Shown piece after piece: positions 51,636 to 64,000 of a stretch of 64,000 nucleotides of DNA; position 1 is the first letter of the stretch, and each line of letters begins with the position of its first letter. The DNA is from Rhynchobatus australiae (taxonomy: Eukaryota). The notes under the pieces were generated by a model. That model was not told where the DNA came from, did no database searches, and was given only the letters and a program-made list of their open reading frames with translations. The DNA lies in the NCBI GenBank assembly GCA_034780895.1, contig JAUZTB010000069.1, positions 9,857,567 through 9,921,566 of the forward strand, in the 5' to 3' direction. A program made the position numbers and the translations under genes.

Positions 51636-54600
51636 TATTCAAACATAGATACTTGAAATGCTTTTAAATGCTCTCTCAATATTACATGCAATCCACCTTC
51701 TTGGATGGGATGACAGTGGGGGGAGGGGTGCAGAGGGGAAGGAAGAAAGAATTGAAATGTAGGACTGGAATAAGCAAAATGGGTTTTAGTGCTACAATTA
51801 CAAAGTGACATATTCTAATAACTGCACTATGCATTTCTGTTGACAACTCTCCCTTCAAGGATCAAAATGTTTAGAATATATGAAAACAGATTAACCAGTA
51901 AAGGAGCCAGTCATATCAGAACTGTACTGCAACTTTGATCATGAACTCTGCATTAAATCATTGAGTATTGTCTCTAACTTCCTGTAGCAGTTTACTGGCA
52001 TTCAAGCTACTCAATCTATTTTGCTGTTGATCATTTTTTGGTTCCTAAAACTGGAGCTCCCCATATTGCAAGCTTATTCAATATCTATGGTTTTAATTCA
52101 AGGACATTTAATTCAACAATCCCATATAGGCACCGGCAAAAGTACTAGTTGGATATACTACTCAGTTATTCCACAGAATTTGCAACACAGACCTATATCT
52201 ATTATAATGATGAGAAGTTTAGCTATGAAATTTTGTACCCAACTCTGCAAGAAAAAAAATTCTAACTCTAACTTGCAAGTTGACCTATTGAAGTACAACA
52301 TTAATCACTTTGAACCTTGTGCTTAGTTTTGAATAGGAATGTTTTCAGGTGCCCACTCTACATGTCAGGCATGTCCACCAGATGCATTGCTCCAACACTA
52401 CCTTGGCCCCAACTTGAGCATTCTCGTGACATTTTAATGTGACATCCTGAGACCTCAAGTACAACTGTCAATGCACTAAATTAAAATCAAACTTCCAATT
52501 TATCAAATTATGATCAGCTTCCTCAAAGAACTGAATGGAGACTGCAGAAATCTTATAAACCTGGATATTTCCACCATACAAGGTTAGCTTAAAAATAGCC
52601 ACTCCATCATCACCCCACCCAAAAAATTCCAGGAGACCACAGATTAATACATCTTGTATAATTTTGATGCCAAGTGCATTTTCTAAATGTTAATTTGGAT
52701 AACAAGGTTGCTGCAGTACAGAAATTCATCTGAAATCAACTGACATCAAAAAAATTTAGACATTAAATTAAACACAATTTCCAATACTTTCTTCAGATAA
52801 TATCCAGTTAAAAATAGATTTTGAAAATGTTTTCCTCAAATTGTAGTTTAAACCTTAATTACATCTAGTAATTGAGATTAACAATCCTATTTAACCTTAA
52901 ACATGTCTATACTCACAGAAAACAGCTGTTTGCAGCCAATGGCAATAATTCTTGCTATCCTCAAAAGTTACTTGCAAAGACCTAGCAGTGTGGGGTTTGC
53001 ATCGCCCTCTCTACCGACCCATTCTGACACCTGAAGCTGCAAATATCACTAACTGGAAGCATGGCATCTGACAGGGAACATCAACTGACTCTTCATGCAA
53101 ATCACAAGAACTTTAATATAGCCACCAGGAGCACAAAAAAGCAATACAAATTTAAAACATTGTGCAGTGCTAAGATCTGAACACATACAAATATTTAAAC
53201 ATTTCAAAATGCAAATCAATATACACAGAATGAGTTTGAGGGCTAGACAGCTGGCCATAATTGTTTAATGGGCCTTTTATAGCTCATGTTTATCTTTTAA
53301 AAAAAACTTGAAAACAATGTCGCTTCAGGTATTGCTTAGCTTTGCATCAAGATAAATTTATTTCCCTCAATTCCAGAGAAGGCTGCTTGCTGAATTACTG
53401 ACAAAAACTTGGGGATTCTAAATTTAAACTAGTTATGCAGAGAATCATTTTCAAATTTAATACACTACACTGTTACTCTTCCTCAAAACTATCAGAATGG
53501 CGATACTCAAAAAAAAAGGGGAAGCTGGGTCCCATGCAGCAGTAAGAGATGCACGGAAATACAATTTTTAGACAATTGCCGTAAGTGCCAGTGGAAATAC
53601 CTGCACCATTAAATGAAATACTTTAAATCAGGATATCTTGGCCCTGCATGTGTAATTTTGTCTCAAAATGATGGTTAAAATAAAAGGGCCTCTTAATATA
53701 GAAAACACAAGGGAACATTAGTGGGGAAAAATGATTGACTGCATTTGCAGGTTAAAGGAATTTAAGCAAAAAGGAATATTTTAAAATCAAAAATACAAAT
53801 TACAAAATTTAGACTATATTGAGCCAATGAAAGTTTAGCATGGAATTTGCATCCAAAGTATACTCATTCATGGCACATTTCATTTGAAGCTTTAAAAAGA
53901 AAGATCAGACAAAATAACATTTTAGTAGCTATTTAAAAATTCAGATTTAAATTCCTTTAAAATGTAGGGTATTATGTCATGATTTACACACACCTTCTGT
54001 AAGAGCATTTATGGTAGTTCCAAAAACCCACTTTTCCAATTTTAAGACCAGCTGCAGCTTATCAGGCTGGGAGGAATAGAAATACAAAAATGGAACATTA
54101 AGAAAATTTGAATCAATTTCCTTCAGGCCCATTTATAGCTCTGTAGTTCAACTGGCAAAATGTTTCCACAATACTGTGTCACCTGGCTGTTACAACTGAC
54201 ACAGACTCCACATCAACTCCTTACTTGTGGTTGCTGCTGAAAGCATCACAAAAAGGTTATCCATTCATTGCCATAGTACTGAACACCACCTTTACAATGT
54301 AATATACAACACCATTTACTTGCCTTAATGTTGCACAGATTAATGTAGCAACGACAAGGAAGTAGTTTCTAAATACAATAATGAGTTCACTCCACTCAGC
54401 ATCTGAGCAAACTTGGCACATTCAACTTAGTAGGACCTCAACACATTTCACATAAAAAATAAGCTGATCTAGCTTATAATGGTGAAGGTAAAGGCAGATT
54501 TCATATATCTGAAGGAAGCCAAAAATCACAACCAAGAATTGTATTCATCCAAGTAGTCCGTACTGGACATCAAACTTATCATTTAGGTTTCACAAACAAG

Positions 54601-57600
54601 TTCTTTTCTGAAAGTACTTCTCACTGAAAGAGTGAATCAAAACTTCTCTGGTAAGAGATCACTAAGCATGCAATTCCGGAAAAAAAGTTACTTGCTGTGT
54701 TTACTGGGTGAAAGCTGGTTTGATCGCCTGACTTTGTTTATAGCAAACTTGCATCTAAAATATTCCAAGTGCTTTTGTCAATTGCTTTGTTCTCACCAAG
54801 TCAGCAATTATCCCACATCTTGGGTAACCATGGGTACTGTGACCAAAAGTATTACTTCAGTTAAAAACATTTATTTCACATCAATGTAGCATGCCAAACA
54901 GTATTCATGTTCCTAATTTTTCTCAGGAAGATTGAAAACAGGTGGCATGTCTAACATCCCACACAATACAGAGACCAGAAAACAGCTCCTGTATAATTAC
55001 AAATACAATGGNNNNNNNNNNNAGGTCTTCTCTCAAAATGTATAGTTTCCTCACTACAATTTATTCCAAACTACCAAGAACAACTGCCCCTGCCAATGGG
55101 GCATACACCTGCTCAAACATCAACTTCCCTCATGCAGCAAAGGACTGAAGTGGAAATATCAATATTATCTGGTAAAGATGTAGAATGTGTCAATATATAC
55201 AAGAGTTAGAAACCTTTACAGACCCACGCATTAGCACATTAGGTCTATTACATTTTTCCACAAATGCACAAGTCAAGGTCTCAAAACCCAAACTTANNNN
55301 NNNNNNCACACTCCATGCAAATGCTTCTCCATTTCGATATTAATGGTTAGAAAATGTTTGACATTCAATCTTTCAAACTGAGCTATTAAACCAAAACTTA
55401 CTCTAAAATCACACCTTCATTGCCTCAAATCATCTCACAGCACACATGCCAAATGGAGTATTCTTGGTCACCGTTGTGATATAGAATGATCTTAGATCTT
55501 AATACAAAGATTTTAAACTGGAACAAAGCAAGACACTTGACAAATGAAAGTTCTTAATTACTAAAATGCACTTTTTAGCCATTCATTAACTTAACAACAA
55601 ATTGCCTTGAAACAAACCTCTACGCACAATTTTGATGTTGTTATTTATAGCTCTCCCACCCCCAACTTGTGCAAAGGCAGCTATCACACCAACACTAGAA
55701 ATACACAACTGGGCATCAACTATCAACATGCCCTCACATAGCAGCCATGCAGTCAAGAAACCAGTAAATGCTTCTTGCCACCCAGGGGGAGACTGCATAC
55801 AGGATCAATGAAGTCTAGAAGTAAAGGCATTTATTAACTAAAATGTTCAAATCATTGCAGAAATAATCATTTTAAATATTTATTTTCTGTATATTATCAG
55901 CTCTGCCAAACACTTTGGAGTTGCAGTAATGCTATGTAACACCCAAAATCTGAAGCCACATTGGTGAACAGTGGCTAACCATTTGTTAAAATGTACAACA
56001 AATGACAAAATGTATTAGTTAAAATGGAAGCTCCTCAAATTGTTGACAGGAAGTTAGGTATCACAATTCAATCCATCCATCTGGGTTTAAAAAACAATTA
56101 CTACCATTGATCTGAAAGCTTCCAAGTGCCGCCTTATTTCAATTCCAACTGCCAGATTAGTGAAGCTCCACACCCATGATACAATGCCAAATGCCATAAA
56201 GATACAAGAGCTTTTTGCCAATTTCTACATTATATGGGAAGAAATTACACAGATAATATTAATTAGGACTAGAGACCTCAGTTATCTTTTGGTCAGCATG
56301 TACCATTTTGGATTCTGATCTCTGAGGAGCTAGTCTCAAATGTTAGTATTTTCACTTTAAAAGAAGCAATCCAAACAGTACAACTGGTAGAACTTGCTCC
56401 AAAAAAAACTAAACCATGAAGACAACCAAGATGTTTTTTTTAAAAAAGACCCCAGCTTCCATTGCAGGACTCAAAACATTCTAAAAAGTTGTTTACATTT
56501 ATAAATGCCAGATTTCCACTTGACTGTTACTTTTACTGAACAATTTGATAAATTTCAAGCCAAATATTTGTATCATCAGAATCTTATCCACATTATCACA
56601 ACAATACAAAGTGCTAGAGTTAATCTCTACTTCCTTGTATCAGGTTTGACCAGGAGAACCATGCCTTCCTTAAAAGCTTTTTGTGTTCAGTGACTCAATG
56701 ATAACATCATAGAATAGAGAGACAGAGACATGGATATATACATTACAAGATAATGGTGGATTCAAGAATACCTTTCAGGGTTAGTGCAGTGGGTTAAAAA
56801 CTTTCACCCTGAACTTCGGTTCAAATCCAGACCAGAGTCATGGGATGGAAGTCTTCTCTCAACTGGCTGCAAGAATCCAAAGGGAAATCAGTTTGAGCAA
56901 TCGCAAACCAGTTCAATTTGGAGACAAGCCTACATAGCACATAACTACACTAATTTGGCACAGATTATTAATTTCTGAGATGCCACAATTTAGTCAGTCT
57001 GGATGACAAAAAAAAATCAGTGGTGCAGGACCAAGTGCTATGAAATCAGGGCAAAAGTATCAAGAGATGGAGTTTTACCCTGCATCTGTCAGTGTTATCA
57101 CTCTAGTTGTTTAATTTTGGCACTGGAGAGTCAGTTACCCAGCTTTTTTATACATTAACCACACCTTATTAAAGCTGAAATCAATTTGATTTTATCCTGC
57201 TAATACGCATATTCTTCAACCCTAAACAAAATTACCCCTCCAATTGGTTTAATGCTATTTCCTGGCACTGATCCCAAATCTGCCTGTTATGCATATAAAA
57301 CTCTGCAAATCACAAAGTTATCTAATGCTAGTCACAATCAATTTCCTATTCCTACATACAACAAAGTCAATAATCAATGTGAATAATGTATTCATTCAAA
57401 ATGCTTCCATTTGACTAGGCATTTGTGCCAGTCAGAAAGGAAAGAAAAAGTTAAAATGAAAATAGTAATCAGGAATTACATGCATATAAAGAGCAATAAT
57501 TAGGTCCAGTAAAGCAAACTAGTGATGTCATTGTTGTGTGAAACAACATTCAAGTTCACAAATGAATCCATTGTTACACAGATGACTAAGAATCCTCCCA

Positions 57601-57899
57601 ATACAAATACTGCAGAGGAATGTCATGAGGATCTGCTGCATGAAACAACTAAGCCCCAGAACATTAAAACTCCACGGGAGATTGTGAAGTGTTAACGTTT
57701 GAGCGTCACCAGGTTGCAATATTCCACATACCATGCGAAAATATCACCCTGCAAACGCTGACAGCCTAAGCAAACACAATTGAAGCTGCTATCCACCCTA
57801 TAATCGCACAGCAGAGCCCATAATTCATGCAATGCAGCCTTCTCCCAATAGAATCCCCTTCTCCAACAGGATCCACTTCCCCACCCAACCTTCCAATGT

Positions 57900-58650
57900 C
57901 AGCTAGATCAGGAGGTCCCTGCAACAAAACAAAAAGCAGCCGGATTTTCTGCCGCACGAAGATTCTATTTAAGAGGGGGAGGAAAGAAATGGAGGTGAAA
58001 CAGGGCCACCTCCTNNNNNNNNNNNNNNNNNNNNNNNNNNNNNNNNNNNNNNNNNNNNNNNNNNNNNNNNNNNNNNNNNNNNNNNNNNNNNNNNNNNNNN
58101 NNNNNNNNNNNNNNNNNNNNNNNNNNNNNNNNNNNNNNNNNNNNNNNNNNNNNNNNNNNNNNNNNNNNNNNNNNNNNNNNNNNNNNNNNNNNNNNNNNNN
58201 NNNNNNNNNNNNNNNNNNNNNNNNNNNNNNNNNNNNNNNNNNNNNNNNNNNNNNNNNNNNNNNNNNNNNNNNNNNNNNNNNNNNNNNNNNNNNNNNNNNN
58301 NNNNNNNNNNNNNNNNNNNNNNNNNNNNNNNNNNNNNNNNNNNNNNNNNNNNNNNNNNNNNNNNNNNNNNNNNNNNNNNNNNNNNNNNNNNNNNNNNNNN
58401 NNNNNNNNNNNNNNNNNNNNNNNNNNNNNNNNNNNNNNNNNNNNNNNNNNNNNNNNNNNNNNNNNNNNNNNNNNNNNNNNNNNNNNNNNNNNNNNNNNNN
58501 NNNNNNNNNNNNNNNNNNNNNNNNNNNNNNNNNNNNNATGCGGAGGGTGGGCGGTCCCCGTGGCTGCGGCGGGGAGGGTCCCGCTGTGCCCCAACCGGGA
58601 CGTCCCGGACTGCAGCGTCGGGCCAGCACGTCTGCAAGGATGCATCTGCA
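57900..58650 (-). promoter_or_regulatory. RAB14: GC/CpG-rich island; probable RAB14 promoter and non-coding exon 1 (mostly in N-gap 58015-58537)
   Basis: Sharp CpG enrichment beside the gap; GC box GGGCGG at 58549-58554; the first coding exon starts with an acceptor, so an upstream exon is required. Confidence 0.7.
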
Positions 58651-58734
58651 CTTTAAGTCATAAATGGCATTATTTTAGAACATTATAAAGGGATCCCCAT
58701 CATCCACTTCCTGGAGTACAACTTTGATGTAGTT

Positions 58735-59240
58735 ACCATTGGTATTGGTTTATTATTGTCACTTGTACGGAGGAACAGTGAAAAACTTGTCTTGCATACT
58801 GTTCGTACAGGTCAATTCATTACACAGTACAGTTACATTGAGTTAGTGCAGAGTGCATTGATGTAGTACAGATAAAAACAATAACTACAGAGTAAGGTGT
58901 CACAGCTACAGGGAAAGTGCAGTGCAATAAGGTGCAAGGTAACAACAAGGTAAATCGTGAGGTCATTGTCCATCTCATTGTATAAGGGAACCTTTCAATA
59001 GTCTCACAGTGGGGTAGAAGCTGTCCTTAAGTCTGGTGGTATGTGCTCTCAGGCTCCTGTACTTTCTACCCAATGGGAGCGGAGAGAAGAGAGAATGACC
59101 TGGGTGGGTGGGGTCTTTGATTATGCTGGCTGCTTCACCAAGACAGCGAGATGGAAAGACAGAGTCCAAGGAGGGGAGGCTGGTGTCCGTGATGCGCTGG
59201 GCTGGGTCCACCACTCTGCAGTTTCTTGCAGTCCTGGGCA
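58735..59240 (-). mobile_element. Young Rex1/Babar LINE 3' end
   Basis: ORF AQRIT...LPSLD...IIKDPTHPGHSLFSPLPLGRKYRSL...RLKDSFYP, then 3' UTR with AATAAA and a short repeat tail. Confidence 0.85.
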
Positions 59241-59244
59241 GAAC

Positions 59245-59512
59245 AGAATATCAACTCAAGTTTATTGTCATCTGCACAAGTACATGTATGCACAGGTTGC
59301 AATGAAAAACTTACTTGCAGAGCATCACATAGCATTGGAGACACAACATTCAAAAGAGAAATTAATTAAGCATAAATTATACAAAATTATAAAAGAAAGA
59401 ACACAAAAAAATCCATTGTCATGCAAAGTGTCAACATGGTCACAGCATTGCTATACTGAGGTAGTAATTATGGTTGTGCAGGTTGGTTCAAGAAGCTGAT
59501 GGTTGAAGGGAA
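59245..59512 (-). mobile_element. Second Rex1/Babar-type 3' UTR fragment
   Basis: aagtttattgtcatctgcac...gttcaagaagctgatggttgaagggaag. Confidence 0.65.
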
Positions 59513-59629
59513 GGGAATATTACCCCATCATTGTCTTACTACAATGTTCAGTTTTCACCATTTTTTTTCATTTGTAGAATCCACTCACTGAAACAAACAA
59601 TATTCTTAAGGGTTTCTGGCATCAGCAGT

Positions 59630-59960
59630 TTTGTTTTGCTGTTCAATATTTTTATGGGTCTTGGTAATGTAGATAGAGGGACAATGTTATCCCGGCACTG
59701 TGTAAAGAGCCAGGGCTTGGTCTTAGTATTGGAGGGCTGCCATTCAGAATTGAGATGAGAAGAAATGTCTTCACCCAAAGGACACTGAATTGTCAGAATT
59801 CTCTACTCAAAAGTGAACGGGTGATAGACTTTTGGGTAAAAAGGGAATCAAAATATATCGAGTTAGTGAAGGGATATGGCACTGAAGTAAATGAGCCATA
59901 ATCTTATTCAACCACAGACACGAAGGCCAAATGGCCTACTCCTTCTGTTTCTTATGTATA
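59630..59960 (+). mobile_element. CR1 3' fragment
   Basis: gagatgagaagaaatgtcttcacccaaagg...aaatggcctactccttctgtttcttatg. Confidence 0.7.
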
Positions 59961-60897
59961 TCTAGAATAATGCATTTTAATTTTAAATCATGTATTTTTA
60001 TTTGTTATTTCTGCTTATTACTGTGTCCCCACTTCCTTGGAACCTTGATGCTATGAACACAATTTCATCATTGTCTTATTCCATCCTTCAGTGTACAGTT
60101 ATATCTGTAACCTTCCTGATTTGTAGAATTCACTCAAGATTTTTGAAGAAATATATTTGCTGAAAATTATTATTACTTTTTAAAATGGCTCTGATATCAT
60201 CTACTTCCTTGATTGCAGCTTTGATATATTGACTACAGTATCATTGAATATTAACTTTAGCACACACATTTGCAAGCATCTGTGTGTTTAATATGGATTA
60301 AAAGGAAATCTTGATGAACACATTTTGGAGAAAGGAATATAAGTTGTATTAAAGGCATTAGATAATGAGGGCTGTGGGGAAGCTCCAGCAAAGCAAAAAA
60401 AACCTGAGCCAAATACTGTCCTGTACATCTTGTGTCATCTTACATCATATTGCCATTGAGCTATGGATACACTTTTGGATCAGAAGCATATGATATCATA
60501 TTGATATGCTATCACATACAGTGATACACAAGCTATGTTATATCACAAGCTATTTGATACCATATCAGCTTTGAGTTAAAAATCTGTGAGGTCAAGCCTC
60601 ATTCCAGGGGTTTAAACAGAAAAACCTGAGGCAACACTTCTATACAGTAACATGAGAGTGCTAAATTGTTGGGGCTTCTCTCATATGGTTGCAATTTAAA
60701 AACAACTTGCATTCTTATGGTGCCTTTAATGTAGCAAAATATTGCAAGATGTTTAACAGGAATGTTATCAAATCGAATTTGACACTGAGCCACACAGGGA
60801 GATATTACACTAGATTAAAAAAATGGACTCATTATATCATAGGGCGAAGACAAAAGTTTTCATGCAACAATTGCTTAACCACTCTCTGCACAGATGA

Positions 60898-60900
<3 letters not shown>

Positions 60901-60948
<48 letters not shown>

Positions 60949-60964
60949 CCTCCCTCCCTCTCTC
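60901..60964. repeat. (TC)n/(TCCC)n microsatellite
   Basis: Directly visible. Confidence 0.95.
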
Positions 60965-61390
60965 AATATGTTTCTTTCTTTTATTTCACTAACTTATTTT
61001 TTTTTAATTGTTGCCNNNNNNNNNNNNNNNNNNNNNNNNNNNNNNNNNNNNNNNNNNNNNNNNNNNNNNNNNNNNNNNNNNNNNNNNNNNNNNNNNNNNN
61101 NNNNNNNNNNNNNNNNNNNNNNNNNNNNNNNNNNNNNNNNNNNNNNNNNNNNNNNNNNNNNNNNNNNNNNNNNNNNNNNNNNNNNNNNNNNNNNNNNNNN
61201 NNNNNNNNNNNNNNNNNNNNNNNNNNNNNNNNNNNNNNNNNNNNNNNNNNNNNNNNNNNNNNNNNNNNNNNNNNNNNNNNNNNNNNNNNNNNNNNNNNNN
61301 NNNNNNNNNNNNNNNNNNNNNNNNNNNNNNNNNNNNNNNNNNNNNNNNNNNNNNNNNNNNNNNNNNNNNNNNNNNNNNNNNNNNNNNNNN

Positions 61391-61650
61391 TTTCTTTTTC
61401 CCCCCCCCCCCCCGGCTAATACCACCTACAAATCTATAAGAGACAACAGGGAAGCCTTACCTTCAGCTACTTACCAGCCTCTTACCTTCCTTGCTCCTAC
61501 AAGCTGAAGCCCCTTGAGCCAAAGCCCGAACACCCTGCTCCCCAGTCACTCCACTGCCCGCTCGAAAGGCTGCTTGCTTTTTTAAACTGTCCACGCCGCG
61601 CCTGTGCAGTCCAGCCCTCACTCGCCCGGGTAAGAAAAACTTAAAACCCT
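61391..61650 (-). mobile_element. Probable 5' UTR of a young CR1-like LINE next to a gap
   Basis: GC/CpG-rich with cttacc repeats and gaagccccttgagccaaagcc, resembling elasmobranch CR1 5' ends in reverse. Confidence 0.4.
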
Positions 61651-63789
61651 TAAACTATTTACTTAGTTAAATCTAACCCTTAGATTTCTAACCCTTTTAA
61701 ACACTAACCCTTAAGCTTTACAGCCCTAAGAAAAAGATAGTAAAAAAAACTTCACTGGTCCAAAGTTCTCCGACCCAAAACGAAGCAAAGGAGAAAAAGT
61801 TATCACAGGTAATGTGTATTTGTACGTTGGTTGAAGTGCTGTACCATACAAGATTATGAATGATAGGCTTGAAACTGGCCTCTGGCTGGCACAAACACAA
61901 TAAGCCAAGTGGCCTCTTTCTGAGCTTTAACTTTCCATCATCCTAAAAGCTACACGCATTTTTGGTGCTGTTGATGTGGCAATGTAGATCAGTGTTCATC
62001 TGAGATTGGATGTTTATTAACTGTTCAGTTTTACTTTTATCAGATTAGGTCAGCTCTCCTGCTCAAATTCTGGAAGCATTTTGTGGAAGTTGGTAGCTCT
62101 TTAACTATCATCGGTCCAGAATGAGCCATCTGGTGATGTGTGGACCTGTAGCCATTGTGGCAAAGATTGTCATTCAGGCATAAGTCTCTTCTCCCATGGT
62201 AAGTTGCCCAATAAAAATTGACCAAAATTTCTATCCCAGCCTGAGGAATCAAGGGGCTCTTTAATGATCTTTTCAGTCAGTCTGTGAGCTGAGAGGAAAT
62301 ACTCAGGCTGTTTATACAAACACAATCAGCTTCTCCAAGCCCTTGCAGTGTAAATGCCAACAAAGATCTACAAGTCAACACATAAGATGGCACCAGTATG
62401 TCTGGTTCTGTCCCCAATAGCCTTTGAAAGCAGTAATCGTCTGAATCATCGCCAAATTGAAATCCGTTCACATCTCTTCAAAAGGTTGATTAAGGTTAGA
62501 CTTTTCTTTATCACATTATTTTTGTTGTGGTGACGGTTGATCATCAAACACTTCTAAATCAAGCAGGCAAACAGGATAAAGATGCTGCAATAAAGGGGAG
62601 ATGGTGTCAATCAAATAGTTCAACCTTTTAAAGTAAGGAAGGTTCAGGACCAATGTTAGCAACTTGCAGATAGCTGTGGACAGGATTGCATACATGGGAG
62701 CATTCCTGTGAGTAATCGCCAGGGTGGGTTATGTTTATAATCATCCAAAGTTAAAGAGCAATAATATTTAAAACTAAAGGCAACTTGCCAGGAAACTGTG
62801 GACAGGGATGATTGCCTGTACACTTGGGGATGAGTTCTCTCAACTTATAATTGGAATGAGTTGAGTTCAGAGTCAGAGTTAGAGCTAAGTACATTTGAGT
62901 GGAAATCACAGTTATAGTTAAGGGTTAAAGCTAAAGAGGTGAAATAAGTGTGCAATAGCTTGTAGTATTTTATATCATATAGTCTTCAGTGGTGTTATAT
63001 AACCTCATGTCATATTATTTATAGAGCTTGTATTTATTTTGCTTATGGCAGTTGCTTAGTCTTGACACATTCTGGGCCCTGCTGCTCTGTAAGCCTTCAT
63101 CAGTTTCATCCCACTTCCAGCGGGTTCAGGACAACCCCAAAGGATAGGTGATGGACAATCCTGCACAAAGTGACTTTGTCACATATCCTCTCCGAGTGGT
63201 GGCACAGACTCCCATGTGAGCAGAACTTTAGATTCCAACTCCAGATGTTCGTTCTGTACCTGATGAAGTTCCTGGCAAACTTTGATATCTGATGTCACAG
63301 CTAATCTCGCAGAGGGAAACTGATATTTTATTTCATATCTTTTATCAAGAATAATAACCAATTCTGGATACAGTAGTGTAGTGGCCGGGTTACTGGTCTA
63401 GTAATCCAGATAACTGCACTAATTGTGCCAGAAAATGCTGCAGTACCTTTTAATGGGGTTAACAAAGTTGCCCTGAAATTGTTAGTGAAAGTTGAAACAT
63501 CAAACCCTTCAATTGCAAGGCTCATAGAACGGCGTGGTCAGTTTTTCCTCTGCAACACTATGCTGAAACCAATCTATTGTAAGTTCTCACTGTTGCTGTG
63601 ATTTAGTATATTGGTGTGATCTCTGCAGCCAGCTATGAAAGGGGTACACATCAATACAAGCAACAGGTATAAAGGAGTGCTGCTACTGAATCAGTGGATG
63701 CTACAATGATGGGAGGGGTGGGTGACAGAAAGCTACTTTCTGTGAATCAGAGTGAGCTGGACAGATAAGTGAAAATCAATGCCTGCGAG

Positions 63790-64000
63790 AAGCATTTTCT
63801 TCAGGGTAAATGGTGAGTGGATGTTTCCTCTCATGGGAGAATCCAGAACCAGAGGGCGTGGTCTCAGAATAATGGGGTGCCATTTAAGACTGAGAGGAAG
63901 AAAAATTCCTTCTCTCAGAGGGTNNNGGATTTTTATAAACTCCTTGTTGTAGAGAGCTTTGGGGCAGGGCCCTTGGGTATAGTTAAAGGTGAGACAGATT
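63790..64000 (+). mobile_element. CR1 3' fragment running off the window
   Basis: atgtttcctctcatgggagaatccagaaccagagggc...ttcttctctcagaggg. Confidence 0.75.

Noticed and set aside
58650-64000. Gelsolin exons expected from synteny
   Set aside because: No recognisable gelsolin coding sequence is present in this part of the window.

Overview
Vertebrate genomic DNA from a gapped draft assembly. The repeat content (HE1/V-SINE, DeuSINE, CR1, Rex/Babar, Penelope hairpins) points to a cartilaginous fish, probably a batoid. Two convergent genes can be rebuilt exon by exon with consistent splice phases: the 3' part of centriolin (CNTRL, + strand, 15 coding exons at 405-18254, plus candidate terminal exons to about 25.5 kb) and the complete 215-aa RAB14 CDS (- strand, 7 coding exons at 36663-46709). 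The RAB14 promoter and first exon probably lie in the N-gap of a GC-rich island at about 58 kb. The CNTRL><RAB14 arrangement matches human 9q33. I found no new multi-gene system. The most notable points are an in-frame TAG inside a conserved CNTRL exon, an Ile122Arg change just before the RAB14 NKxD motif, a GC donor leading to candidate C-terminal CNTRL exons whose acceptors come from retroelement tails, short templated duplications next to TEs, and false 100-N gaps with overlapping flanks. Protein comparisons use human sequences recalled from memory, and TE boundaries are approximate.
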